64,000 nucleotides of DNA from Mobula hypostoma (taxonomy: Eukaryota). The stretch covers positions 12,400,001 through 12,464,000 of the forward strand of contig NC_086115.1 of assembly GCF_963921235.1 (NCBI RefSeq). Direction: 5' to 3'. Positions 1-12,057 of the stretch are shown here, piece by piece. The notes beneath the pieces were generated by a model. The model was not told the origin of the DNA and did not search any database. It saw only the letters and a program-made list of their open reading frames with translations. Every line of letters begins with the position of its first letter. The stretch's first letter is position 1. The position numbers were made by a program, and so were the translations under genes.

Positions 1-392
1 GGCGGGTGAGAAGAGGTAAGAGGTTAGAGTGGGGAAAGCCAATGTTTATTTTTATTTTTTATAATTGCGGGCACTTCCAGGGGAATGAGCCTGCATTTAT
101 ATCCATGTGATCAATTAAACTACCGACCCATTCATTCTCAGAATGTGAAAGGAAACCAGGGCACTGGGAAGAAACCTAAGCAATCACAGGGAGAATGTAC
201 AAACTCCTTTCAGACAGCAGTGGGATTTGACCCGTATTGCTAGTGCTGTATTAGTGTTACACTAGCCGCTTCGCCCATATGCATGTACACACAAGCAGAG
301 TTCATGCATTCACGCCACACACGCACACCTACAAAGAGCACAAATACACACATTAACGTACACGAATCGGCGTGCACGTGTAAGCAACATAC

Positions 393-491
393 CTTAATGT
401 GCCCCCCCTCGTATTCATAAGGGTAACGACAATCCACAATGATGCAGCCATCAATAAGATGATCAAAGTCCCCAACGAGCAAAGCTGCCAC
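393..491 (-). CDS. cdc25: CDC25 catalytic (rhodanese) domain exon; gene continues past the left edge
   Basis: [33 protein letters not shown] contains the invariant [14 protein letters not shown]. Acceptor ttttgcag, donor AAG|GTATGT. Confidence 0.96.
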
Positions 492-599
492 CTGCAAAAC
501 ATCCCCGAGCCTCTGTGAGACCACTGCTCCATCACACAAAGCAACAGGTGTTTCCCAAGTCAACCCCAAGGTCATTTACAGACAGTCAGGGGCTAGTAG

Positions 600-1235
600 C
601 GGAGACACCAGGGACTGCAGAGACTGGAATCTAGAGGAAGGAACAGACCGGAAAAACTCAGCAGGTTGTGCAGCATCTGTGGAGGGGAATGGACAACTGA
701 TGTTTTGATCAGGACCGAATGATAGAGGGGAAATGGCCAGTATAAAGAGGTGAGAGGAGGTGGGGAGATGGACAGCAAGAACCGGTAGATGATGGGTGGA
801 TCCAGTGCGGAGAGATGATGGGCAGATGGTTAAGGGGAGAATGAGTGTAGTGACAGAGGATGGGAGGTGATGGGTGGATCCAGGTGAGGAGGGATGATGG
901 GTAGATGGAGGAGGGAGGAGTGGGAATAGAGACAGAGGCTGGGAGGTGATGGGTGGATCCAGGTGAGGAGGGGTGGTGGAATAGAGACAGAGGCTGGGAG
1001 ATGACAAGTGGAGGTGACGAAGGGCAGATGGTGGAATCTGTTTGGAGAGGAAGGTGGAACATGGAACCAAGTGAGGGTAGATAGGAACAGGGGCAGAGGG
1101 AACCCCGTGGGAGGAGTGTGTGTGGATGATGGGGGGGATGGATTAGAGGAAAGAAACAGAGTGCTTGGTGGATGTAGGAGGAACTGGGTAGATCAGGAGG
1201 AGAGAAAATAGACAGAGAGGAGCAAGCAAGAAACA
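600..1235 (-). mobile_element. Old PLE-related element with internal purine-rich repeats
   Basis: PLE-like terminus at 610-715, then several imperfect gggtggatccaggtgaggaggg units. Confidence 0.45.
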
Positions 1236-1768
1236 CAACACCATTCTATGCACAGCAAGGACTATGAAGTTATAATGACCACATTTTAAATGATGTTGAT
1301 TATGAGACAGATTGTGGAGAATCTGCTCCCTAAAGTTGGTCACTGATAATTGGTTTAGGACCCAGCCGTCCCTCTATGCACTCTATCGATACTTCTCACT
1401 GCTTCAGTCAAGAAGCCAGCACAGTCAAAGACTCCACCCGGCCCAGACATTCTCTTGACTCCATTCTTCCATCGGGCAGAGGATACAAAAGCTTGAAAGC
1501 ACGTACCACCAGGCTCAAGGACAGCTTCAATCGCACTGTTATCAGCTCTTGAACAGTCCTCTTGAAGGAGGCCAATAACAGTGAGGGAGGGTTGAAGTGG
1601 GATGGGGAGTGAAGGAGAATGAAGAGCAGGAACGGAAGTAAGGGGGAGGATGAAGAAAGAATGGAGACAGTAGTTGAGTGAAGAGGGGGCAAAGAGAAGT
1701 GAAGGGGACAGATGGTGAAGGGAACGTGTGGAGATGAGGGTTATTGGCTGTGTAGGCGGGAAGGTAAT

Positions 1769-2330
1769 ACACACAAAATGCTGGAGGAACTCAGCAGGTC
1801 AGGCAGCTTCTATGGAGGGGAATTAACACCTGATGTTTCAGGCCGAGACCCCTTATCAAGACCGGAAGGGACTGGGCAGAAGCCAGATTAAGGAGGAGGA
1901 GAGAGGGAGAAGAGAAGCTGGCAGGAGAGGGGTAAAGTGAGCGAGTGAGGGAGGGGAGATGAATTGAGAAGCTGGAAGGGGGTAGCTGGAAGAGATAACG
2001 GGTTGAAGAAGAATTACTGATAGCAGAGGAGAGTGAGCAATGGAAGAGAAGGAAGGAGGAGGGGCACCAGTGGGAGGTGAGGAGATGAGAAGGGGCAAGA
2101 GGGGAATCAGAATAGGGAATGGAAAAAGAGAGCAGGAGGGGAGAACGTACCAGAAGTTAATGTTCATGCCATCACATTTGAGACTATATGAGGTATTGCT
2201 CCTCCAACCTGAGAATGGCCCCATCAAGGTAGTAAAGGAGGCAATGGACAGACACGTCAGGAAGGGAATGGGAACTCAAATGGAAGTGGAGACCCACTGG
2301 GACATCCTGCCTTCTTGGCAGTGGATGCAT
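1769..2330 (-). mobile_element. Penelope-like element 3' fragment
   Basis: PLE terminus plus degraded C-terminal ORF (LRLEEQ..., DGMNI). Confidence 0.65.
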
Positions 2331-2464
2331 CAATGATGGAGTAGGTTTGTAAAGGTCAGCACAATATTGTGGGCTGAAGGGTCTGTACTATGCTGCATGG
2401 TTCTACTTTGTATGAGTGAGGTTGTTGAATGACGGGTGTGGCTCTGTGTGCAAATGATACTCAC

Positions 2465-2527
2465 TGACTGAGCAGTAATATATCTCAGATCCTGATGCTT
2501 TCCCTCCGCCACGGGCAAAAGACAGGT
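2465..2527 (-). CDS. cdc25: CDC25 rhodanese domain exon (TCLLPVAEGKHQDLRYITAQS)
   Basis: GKHQDL(K/R)YI motif in a 63-nt exon. Acceptor tgatctag, donor TCA|GTGAGT. Confidence 0.93.
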
Positions 2528-2623
2528 CTAGATCAAGCAGCAGAGAGAGACACCAGTTAGAGACGTGTCCTTACTCCTCTCCCAAACAGAGTCTCTTCTC
2601 AACAAGGAACAAGGACATCATGT

Positions 2624-3210
2624 CACACACACCCAGGGCAGAGACATTAGATACAGAGTGAAGCTCTCTCTACACTGTCCCATCAAACACTCCCAGGACA
2701 GGGACAGCACGGGTTAGATACAGAGTGAAGCTCCCTCCATACTGTCCCATCACACACTCCCAGGACAGGGACAGCACGGGTTAGATACAGAGTGAAGCTC
2801 CCTCTACACTGTCCCATCACACACTCCCAGGGCAGGGACAGCACAGGTTAGATACAGAGTGAAGCTCTCTCTACACTGTCCCATCAAACACTCCCAGGAC
2901 AGGGACAGCACGGGTTAGATACAGAGTGAATCTCCCTCCATACTGTCCCATCACACACTCCCAGGACAGGGACAGCACGGGTTAGATACAGAGTGAAGCT
3001 CCCTCTACACTGTCCCATCACACACTCCCAGGACAGGGACAGCACGGGTTAGATACAGAGTGAAGCTCCCTCTACACTGTCCCATCGCACACTCACAGGA
3101 CAGGGACAGCACAGGTTAGATACAGAGTGAAGCTCCCTCTACACTGTCCCATCGCACACTCACAGAACAGAGATAGCACAGATTAAATACAGAGTGAAGC
3201 TCCCTCTACA
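2624..3210. repeat. 67-bp minisatellite, about 8.7 copies
   Basis: ttagatacagagtgaagctccctctacactgtcccatcacacactcccaggacagggacagcacggg recurs at 2647, 2714, 2781, 2848, 2915, 2982, 3049, 3116 and 3183. Confidence 0.95.
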
Positions 3211-3334
3211 CCTGGAGCTGAAGGGAGGAGGTAGGGTTAGTAGGAAGGAGCAGGACAGGGAGTGAAAGGATTTTCGACAGCAGGTAGAGGGTGCTATGTG
3301 GTGGCAGGGTTGATTGCCTGTGGTGGATTCATAC

Positions 3335-3394
3335 TTGGGTATCTCCGATGACTTCCTTTCCATCTGAATCTGGAACTACTTCAGTGTCAATCTC
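3335..3394 (-). CDS. cdc25: CDC25-family exon (EIDTEVVPDSDGKEVIGDTQ)
   Basis: Matches the EI...DSD..ELIGD motif that precedes the catalytic domain. Acceptor ttgttctggtctcag, donor CAA|GTATGA. Confidence 0.8.
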
Positions 3395-3750
3395 CTGAGA
3401 CCAGAACAAACGCCGGGTATTATAGGCCTAGAAACAAGAATTAGAAATGCGAGTCAGTATGGGAATTGCATGAGGAGTCTTGTGGTTATGTTCTGGTCAC
3501 CTCATTATAGGAAGGAGGAGGAAGCTTTAGGGAGGGTGCAGAGCAGATTTACCAGGATGTGGCCTGCATTCGAGAGCATGTCTTAGGAGCGGTACAGCAA
3601 GCTAGGACCTTTCTCTTTGGAGTGAATAAATATGAGCATGTCCAGATAGCAATGTATAACAGGCAAATATTCAGAAGACAGCCAGCACCTTTTACCGGGG
3701 TGGATATGTCCTTGAGTGAGCAGAATTTTAAAGTAAAGAAACAAGATTCT

Positions 3751-3985
3751 ACAAATCCAAAGCAACTCTCACAAAATGCTGTTGGAACTCAACAGGTCAG
3801 GCAGCATCTATGGAGAGGTATAAAGAGTTTGGTACATTTCGTGCCAAGACTGTTCATCGTGGCTTTTCTTCCTGAAAAACAAGTCCTGGTGAAGGGTCTT
3901 GGCCCAAAACGTTGACTCTTTATTCTTTTCCATAAATGCTGCCTGACCTGCTGAGTTCCTCTAGCAGCTGTGTGCGTCACTCATA
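3751..3985. mobile_element. Mini palindromic Penelope-derived element (older)
   Basis: Inverted PLE termini with a degenerate hammerhead at about 3883-3918. Confidence 0.6.
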
Positions 3986-4400
3986 ACCCTACAGTAAAGT
4001 GCTTGGAGGAAAGTCTAAGGGGGATGTCAGAGGTTTCTCTTCTACAGAGTGGTGGGTGGATGGAATGTACTGCCAGGGGTGATGGTAGAGGCCGATACAT
4101 AGGGACATAAAAGAGCCCCTTAGGTAGGCACCTGGATGGATGAAAAATGGAGGACAATGTGGGAGGGAAGCATTAGATTGATCCTGGATTAGGTTAAAAA
4201 GTTGGCACAACATTGTGAGCTGAAGGGCCAGTACTATGCTGATACTGTTCTACATTCTAGCTATCCTTTTATGGTTGACTGTAAACCTACCCTGTGTCCC
4301 ATTTTAAACACAAAATAATCTGCAGATGCTGTGATCAAAGCAACACTTTCAGTACGCTGGATGAACTCAGCAGGTCGGGCAGCATCAGTTAGAAATGATG

Positions 4401-4436
4401 AGTCGACGTTTCGGGCCGGAACCCCTCGTCAGGACT
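4401..4436 (-). ncRNA. Minimal hammerhead ribozyme motif (intact core)
   Basis: agtc-CTGACGA-ggggttccggccc-GAAAC-GTC-gact: stem I agtc/gact, stem II ggg/ccc, GUC cleavage triplet. Confidence 0.75.
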
Positions 4437-5710
4437 GAAGAATGAAAGATGGGGAAGGATTTGAAGAATGCTTGTAGCTTCAGTTGAAAGACCAGTAATT
4501 TGAAAGACAAAGGGGTGGGGGAGGGGAAGCATTGATGTCATAGCCCTGAAAACAATGGGTGGTAGAAGGAGGAGGCGGAACCATGAGGGAGCTGGGGGAG
4601 GAGGTAGAGTGAAATAGGGATAGAAGAAGGGAGGGGGAGGGAATTACCGGAAGTTGGAGAATTCTATGTTCATACCAAGGGGCTGGAGACTACCTAGATG
4701 GTATATGAGGTGTTGCTCCTCTAACCTGAGTTTAGCTTCATCATGGCAGTAGAGGAGGACATGTATGGACATATCTGAATGGGAGTGGGAAGCAGAGTAG
4801 AAGTGGGTGGCTACCGGGAGATCCTGTCTGTTGTGGCAGATGGAGTGGAGGTGCTTGACGAAGCGGTCCCCCAATCTGCGTCGGGTTTCACCGATGTAGA
4901 GGAGGCCGCACCGGGAGCACCGGATGCAATAGATGCAACAGACTCACAAGTGGTGTTGTCTCACCTGGAAGGACTGTTTGGGGCCCTGAATGGTTGCAAG
5001 AGATGAGGTATAGGGACAGGTGTACCACTTACGCTTACAGGGATAAGTGCCAGGTTGGAGATCTGATCTTTCCCCACTGACTTCCAACCTGGCACTTATC
5101 CCTGTAAGCGTAAGTGCTACACCTGTCCCTATACCTCATCTCTTGCAACCATTCAGGGCCCCAAACAGTCCTTCCAGGTGAGACAACACTTCACTTGTGA
5201 GTCTGTTGGGGTCATCTATTGCATCCGGTGCTCCCGGTGTGGCCTCCTCTACATCGATGAAACCCGACGCAGATTGGGGGACCGCTTCGTCAAGCACCTC
5301 CACTCCGTCCGCCACAACAGACAGGATCTCCCAGTAGCCACCCACTTCAACTCTGCTTCCCACTCCTATTCAGATATGTCCATACATGTCCTCCTCTACT
5401 GCCATGATGAGGCTAAACTCAGGTTGGAGGAGCAACACCTCATATACTGTCTAGGTAGTCTCCAGCCCCTTGGTATGAACATAGAATTCTCCAACTTCCG
5501 GTAATTCCCTCCTCCTCCCTTCCTCTATCCCTATTTCACTCCACCCCCTCCCCTAGCTCCCTCATGGTTTCGCCTCCTTCTTCTACCACCCATCGTTTCA
5601 AGGGCTATGACGTCATTCCTTCCCCTCCCGAACCCCTTTGTCTTTCAAATTACTGGTCTTTCAACTGATGCTACAAGTATTCTTCAAATCCTTCCCATCT
5701 TTCATTCTTC

Positions 5711-5746
5711 AGTCCTGATGAAGGGTTCCGGCCCGAAACGTTGACT
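5711..5746 (+). ncRNA. Minimal hammerhead ribozyme motif
   Basis: agtc-CTGATGA-agggttccggccc-GAAAC-GTT-gact; GUU triplet, likely from CpG decay. Confidence 0.65.
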
Positions 5747-6560
5747 CATCGTTTCTAACTGATGCTGCCCGACCTGCTGAGTTCATCCAGCGTACTGAAA
5801 GTGTTGCCGTGTCTCATTTGCTGCTGAATTTAAACCCTTCCTCATTTCATGAGCACACCTCCCCCAGGAGCATCTGCTGGCCCTGGACCTATACTCATTT
5901 GAATCTAGAAGAACGACAGGGGGAATCTGATTGAAACCTATAGATTATTGAAAGGTGACAAGTGGATGTGGAGGGGATGTTTCCTATAATGGGGGAGTCT
6001 AGAACCAGAGGGAAAGAACCTCAGAATAAAACAATGTCCCTTTAGAACAGGAATGAGAAGGAATTTCTTTAGCTACAGGGTGGTGAATCTTTGGAATTCA
6101 TTGTGGAGGCCACATCACTGGGTACATTAAAAGTGGAGGTTGATAGGTTCTTGATGACTATGGACATCAAAGGTTATGGGGAAAAGGCAGGAGAATGGGG
6201 TTGAGAGGGATAACAAATTAGCCATGATGGAATGGTGGAGCAAACTCGATGGGACAAATGGCCTAATTCTGCTCCTTTGTCTTACAGTCTATATCTAAAG
6301 GGTGATGGACCCTTCCAGTTCAGGTGGAGCTAGGCGAGCTTGCATCTCTCCTGTCTTTCCCAGAAGTCTACAGTCCTACTGCACATACCATCTTTATCGC
6401 CACACGTTCCTCTGACCTACGACCTTAGACCGCCGGCAGTGGCACCATGTGTATTTACAATGTGCCAATAAGTATCAGAGCGTGTGGGAGACATCCTATG
6501 ATATAGGTTAATCAGGAACTGTAAATTAACATTAGTGTGGGACAGATTACTGTAAGGATG

Positions 6561-7777
6561 AATACTTTATACTTTATTGTCACCAAACAATTGATACCAG
6601 GGCGTACAATCATCACAGTGATATTTGATTCTGCGCTTCACGCTCCCTGGAGTACAAATCGATAGTAAATATTAAAAATTTAAATTATAAATCATAAATA
6701 GAAATAGAAAATGGAAAGTAAGGTAGTGCAAAAAAACCAAGAGGCAGGTCCGGATATTTGGAGGGTACGGCCCAGATCTGGGTCAGGATCTGTTCAGAAG
6801 TCTTATCACAGTTGGAAAGAAGCTGTTCCCAAATCTGGCCATATGAGTCTTCAAGCTCCTGAGCCTTCTCCTGGAGGGAAGAGGGACGAAAAGTATGTTG
6901 GCTGGGTGGGTTGTGTCCTTGATTATCCTGGCAGCACTGCTCCGACAGCATGCGGTATAAAGTGAGTCCATGGACAGAAGATTGGTTTGTGTGATGTGCT
7001 GGGCTGTGTTCAGGATCCTCTGCAGCTTCCTCTGACCTTGGACAGGGCAACTTCCATACCAGGTTGTGATGCACCCGAGAAGAATGCTTTCTACAGTGCA
7101 TCTATAAAAGTTAGTGAGGGTTTTAGGTGACAGGCCAAATTTCTTTAGCTTTCTCAGGAATTAAAGACGCTGGTGGGCCTTCTTGGCAGTGGACTCTGCT
7201 TGGTTGGACCAAGTCAGGTCATTTGTGTTATTGACCCCGAGGAACTTAAAACTTTTGACCTGTTCCACTTGCGCACCACCGATGTAAATGGGTCGTGCGG
7301 TCCGCTACTCCTTCTGAAGTCAACGACCAATTCCTTCATCTTGCTGACGTTGAGGGATAGGTTATTGTCTTCGCACCATGCCACCAGGTTCTTAATTTCC
7401 TCTCTGTACTCAAACTCATCATTACCCGAGATACAGCCTACAATTGTGGTGTCATCAGCAAACTTATATATTGAGTTCGATGGAAATTTGGCTACACAAT
7501 CATAGGTGTACAATGAGTACAGCAGGGACTGAGTACACAGCCTTGTGGGGCACCGGTGCTCAGAGTGATTGTGGAGGAGAGCTTGTCCCCTATTTTTACA
7601 GCCTGGGTCCTGTCTGTGAGGAAGTTGAAGATCCAGCTGGAGATCTGAGTGCTAAGGCCGAGGTTCCGGAGCTTAGGAATCAGTTTATTTGGAATAATGG
7701 TATTAAAGGCAGATCTGTAGTCAATGAAAAGGAGCCTTATGTATGCGTCTTTATTCTCCAGGTGTTCTAAGGAGGAA
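6561..7777 (-). mobile_element. Rex1/Babar-type LINE 3' fragment (RT)
   Basis: [25 protein letters not shown] and KFADDTT RT motifs; short-repeat tail. Confidence 0.85.
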
Positions 7778-8011
7778 TGAGTCTGAGGTTTCAACCCGAG
7801 ACATTGACAATCCCTACTCTTCCTCCTCACTCGCAGTACTGGATCCACTTGAGCCCTTCCAGCTGTTTGCTCGGGCAGCATAGTAGCATAGCGATTAACG
7901 TAATGCTTTACAGTGCCAGCGAGCCAGGTTCAATTCCTGCTGCTGACTGTAAGGAGTTTGTACATTTTCCCTGTGACCACGTGGGTTTCCAGCAAGTTCA
8001 AGCTCAAGTTT

Positions 8012-8411
8012 CAACTAGGGCTAGGGCTTTACTCTCTGGAGAGAAGGAGGATGAGAGACATGACAGAGATATACAAGATAATAAGAGGAATAGATAGAGT
8101 GGACAGCCAGCGCCTCTTCCCCAGGGCACCACTGCTCAATACAAGAGGACATGGCTTTAAAGTAAGGGGTGGGAAGTTCAAGGGGGATATTAGAGGAAGG
8201 TTTTTTTACTCAGAGAGTGGTTGGTGTGTGGAATGCACTGCCTGAGTCAGTGGTGGAGGCAGATACATTAGTGAAATTTAAGAGACTACTAGACAGGTAT
8301 ATGGAGGAAATTAAGGTGGGGGGTTATATGGGAAGCAGGGTTTAAGGGTCGGCACAACATTGTGGGCCGAAGGGCCTGTACTGTGCTGTACTGTTCTATG
8401 TTCTATGTTCT
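8012..8411 (+). mobile_element. CR1-type LINE 3' end
   Basis: LGLYSLERRRMR...YKIIRGIDRVD C-terminus and (tgttcta)n tail. Confidence 0.8.
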
Positions 8412-10142
8412 AAGTTTATGGTAATTCAACCATATACATGTATACTGACAAACAAAACAACATTCCTCCAGATCAAGGTGCACAACCCAGTATATACTGT
8501 ATAACTCACGCACATAACACAAAGTAATATTGCCAGAAATAAATTAGAAGAAGAGAGAATCAGGTTTATTGTCACCCACATGTGTCATGAAATTTAACTT
8601 AGCAGCAGCAGTTCAATCCAATACATAATATAGAAGAAGAAAAACAATAATAATAAATAAATAGTAAGTCAATTACAGTATACATATATTGAATAGATTA
8701 AAACTCCCGCAAAAACAGAAATAATATATATTAAAAGTGTGAGGTCATGTTCATGGACTCAATGTCCATTTAGGAATCAAATGGCAGAGGGAAGAAGCTG
8801 TTCCTGAATCGCTGAGTGTGTGCCTTCAGGCTACTGTACCTCCTACCTGATGGTAACAGTGAGAAAGGGCATGCCCTGGGTGCTGGGGATCCTTAATAAT
8901 GGACTCTGCCTTTCTGAGACACCGCTCCTTGAAGATGTCCTGGGTACTTTGTAGACTAGTACCCAAGATGGAGCCGACTAAATTTAAAACTCTCTGCAGC
9001 TTCTTTCAGTCCTGTGCAGTAGCCCCGCCCCCCCATACCAGACAGTGATGCAGCCTGTCAGAATGCTCTCCACAGTACAACTATAGAAGCTTTTGACTGT
9101 ATTTGTTGACATACCAAATCTTTTCAAACTGCCAATGAAGTACCTTGCCTTCTTTATAACTGCATTAATATTAAGGTGCATTTATCGCACGTTAAAAAGT
9201 AAACAACATAACGCTACTTGAACTTCAGGTGTGATGAGAGCTGGGTGCTGGCAGAGAGTTCAGTAGACTTACGGCCTGCAGGAAGAAGCTGTTTCCCCTC
9301 GTAACAATTCTTGTCCAAATGCTATGGTACCTCCTGCCTTCTGGTAGGGGGGAAGGGGTCAACGAGATTGTTCGATAGACGGGAGGCATCATTGACATTG
9401 CTAAAGATCCTGTGTATACACGCTCCTAAAATCTTTGACGGGTGCAAGGAAGACCCCGATGATCCTCTCAGCAGTTCTTGTTGTGGTCAGATGCCTTGTA
9501 ATTCCCCATACCAGACAGCGAAACAGTTGGCCAGGACACTCTCAATAGAGCCCCTGCAAAAATTGGTAAAAATAGGGGAAGGGGGAAGCTTTGCTCGCCT
9601 TAGTCTCCTCAGTAATTGGAGATGCTGCTGTGCTTCCTTGGCTAAAGAGGTGTTGTTGAGGGACCAGATGAGACTGTCCAGAAATCTGGTGTTCCTAACT
9701 CTCTCTACAGAGGAGCTGTTCATGTGCAGTGAGGAGTAGTCAACCTGTACCTTCCTAAGGTCCACTATCATCTCTTTGGTCTTGTCCACCTTGAGACTCA
9801 AGTTGTTGTGCTTGCACCATTCTGCTGGCAACTTCACCTCCTCTCTATACGCCATCTCATCGTCATTTTGCTGAGGCCACCCACTGTCGCGTCATCAGCG
9901 AACCTGATGATTCCCGTTGAACTGGATCAAGCAATGCAGTGGGCTAAGAACAAGGCCCTGGCGAACACCAGTGCTCAGCATGATGGAACTAGAGATCTTT
10001 CTGCCAACGTGGACTGACAGTGCCCTTTCTGTCCAAATTCAGTTAGAGAGAGAGGTGTTGAGACCCAATGATGATGGTTTACCCACCAGCTTCTGAGGGA
10101 TGATCATATTAAATGCCGAGCTAAAGTCACTGAAGGCGTATT

Positions 10143-10428
10143 GTTAAAGTTAAAGTCTGTCCCGAGCCTTATAGGCTCATCAGGCCGGTGCTTATGCTGG
10201 TTTCCATGGCGTGAAGCGAATGAGAGTATGAGACTCCGGACGCCAGTCTAACACGAGGTTAACCCCCAGCATTTTGCCAGTACCCATTTTCAGCTGGGTG
10301 GACTGGAGCAGTGTGTGGTTAACTGCCTTGCTCAAGGACACAACATGCTGCTTCGGCTGGGGCTCGAACTCACAACCTTCAGATCGCTAGTCCAACACCC
10401 TAACTACTTGGCCACGGGCCACACACCC
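10143..10428 (-). mobile_element. tRNA-derived SINE
   Basis: Pol III A/B boxes on the minus strand (gtggccaagtagtt; gagttcgagccc). TSD ggcgtattg / ggcgtactg. Confidence 0.7.
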
Positions 10429-10711
10429 TGGCGTACTGAGGCACCATTTTCCAGGTAGAACAGGACAGAGTGGTGTGCAGAGACTATGGCGTCATCAGTG
10501 GACTGAATTGAGCAAAAAGCAAACTGGAAAGCATTCAATGTAGAAGGAAGATGGGATTGGGACTTAATGCAATTGATAACCAGCCACTCAAAGCAGTTCA
10601 TTATTATTGACAAAAACAACAGGAATTCTGCAGATGCTGGAAATTCAAGCAACATACATCAAAGTTGCTGGTGAACGCAGCAGGCCAAGCAGCATCTATA
10701 GGAAGAGGCGC

Positions 10712-10747
10712 AGTCGACGTTTCAGGCCGAGACCCTTCATCAGGACT
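10712..10747 (-). ncRNA. Minimal hammerhead ribozyme motif (intact core)
   Basis: agtc-CTGATGA-agggtctcggcct-GAAAC-GTC-gact. Confidence 0.75.
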
Positions 10748-12021
10748 AACTGAAGGAAGAGTGAGTAAGGGATTTGAAAGCTGGAGGGGGAGGGGGAGAT
10801 GCAAAATGATAGGAGAAGACAGGAGGGGGAGGGATAGAGCCGAGAGCTGGACAGGTGATAGGCAAAAGGGGATACGAGAGGATCATGGGACAGGAGGTCC
10901 GGGAGGAAAGACAAGGAGGGGGGGTGACCCAGAGGATGGGCAAGAGGTATATTCAGAGGGACAGAGGGAGAAAAAGGAGAGTGAGAGAAAGAATGTGTGC
11001 ATAAAAATGAGTAACAGATGGGGTACGAGGGGGAGGTGGGGCCTAGCGGAAGTTAGAGAAGTCAATGTTCATGCCATCAGGTTGGAGGCTACCCAGACGG
11101 AATATAAGGTGTTGTTCCTCCAACCTGAGTGTGGCTTCATCTTTACAGTAGAGGAGGCCGTGGATAGACATGTCAGAATGGGAATGGGATGTGGAATTAA
11201 AATGTGTGGCCACTGGGAGATCCTGCTTTCTCTGGCGGACAGAGCGTAGATGTTCAGCAAAGCGGTCTCCCAGTCTGCGTCGGGTCTCACCGAATTAGAC
11301 CGCTTAGACGGATAAGTGCCAGGAGGGAGGAACAAGTGCTACACATGCCCTTACACTTCCTCCCTTACCACCATTCAGGGCCCCGAACAGTCCTTCCAGG
11401 TGAGGCATCACTTCACCTGTGAGTCGACTGGGGTGATATACTGCGTCCGGTGCTCCCGATGTGGCCTTTTATATATTGGTGAGACCCGACGCAGACTGGG
11501 AGACCGCTTTGCTGAACATCTACGCTCTGTCCGCCAGAGAAAGCAGGATCTCCCAGTGGCCACACATTTTAATTCCACATCCCATTCCCATTCTGACATG
11601 TCTATCCACGGCCTCCTCTACTGTAAAGATGAAGCCACACTCAGGTTGGAGGAACAACACCTTATATTCCATCTGGGTAGCCTCCAACCTGATGGCATGA
11701 ACATTGACTTCTCTAACTTCTGCTAGGCCCCACCTCCCCCTCGTACCCCATCTGTTACTCATTTTTATGCACACATTCTTTCTCTCACTCTCCTTTTTCT
11801 CCCTCTGTCCCTCTGAATATACCTCTTGCCCATCCTCTGGGTCACCCCCCCTCCTTGTCTTTCCTCCCAGACCTCCTGTCCCATGATCCTCTCGTATCCC
11901 CTTTTGCCTATCACCTGTCCAGCTCTCGGCTCTATCCCTCCCCCTCCTGTCTTCTCCTATCATTTTGCATCTCCCCCTCCCCCTCCAACTTTCAAATCCC
12001 TTACTCACTCTTCCTTCAGTT

Positions 12022-12057
12022 AGTCCTGACGAAGGGTCTCGGCCTGAAACGTCGACT
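12022..12057 (+). ncRNA. Minimal hammerhead ribozyme motif (intact core)
   Basis: agtc-CTGACGA-agggtctcggcct-GAAAC-GTC-gact. Confidence 0.75.

Larger units (their letters stand above)
4305..5807. mobile_element. Penelope-like element, inverted (palindromic) duplication of the 3' end
   Basis: Both arms encode GIY-YIG endonuclease remnants (VIYCIRCSRCGLLYI(G/D)ETRRRLGDRF). Arms are about 720 bp with a 23-nt spacer. Degenerate 13-bp TSD ctgtgtcccattt / ccgtgtctcattt. Confidence 0.9.

Noticed and set aside
2624-3210. CRISPR-like regular array
   Set aside because: No unique spacers, eukaryotic context; it is a pure tandem repeat.
5821-5910. Possible cdc25 exon next to the first palindrome
   Set aside because: The apparent acceptor lies in a CR1-type LINE fragment.
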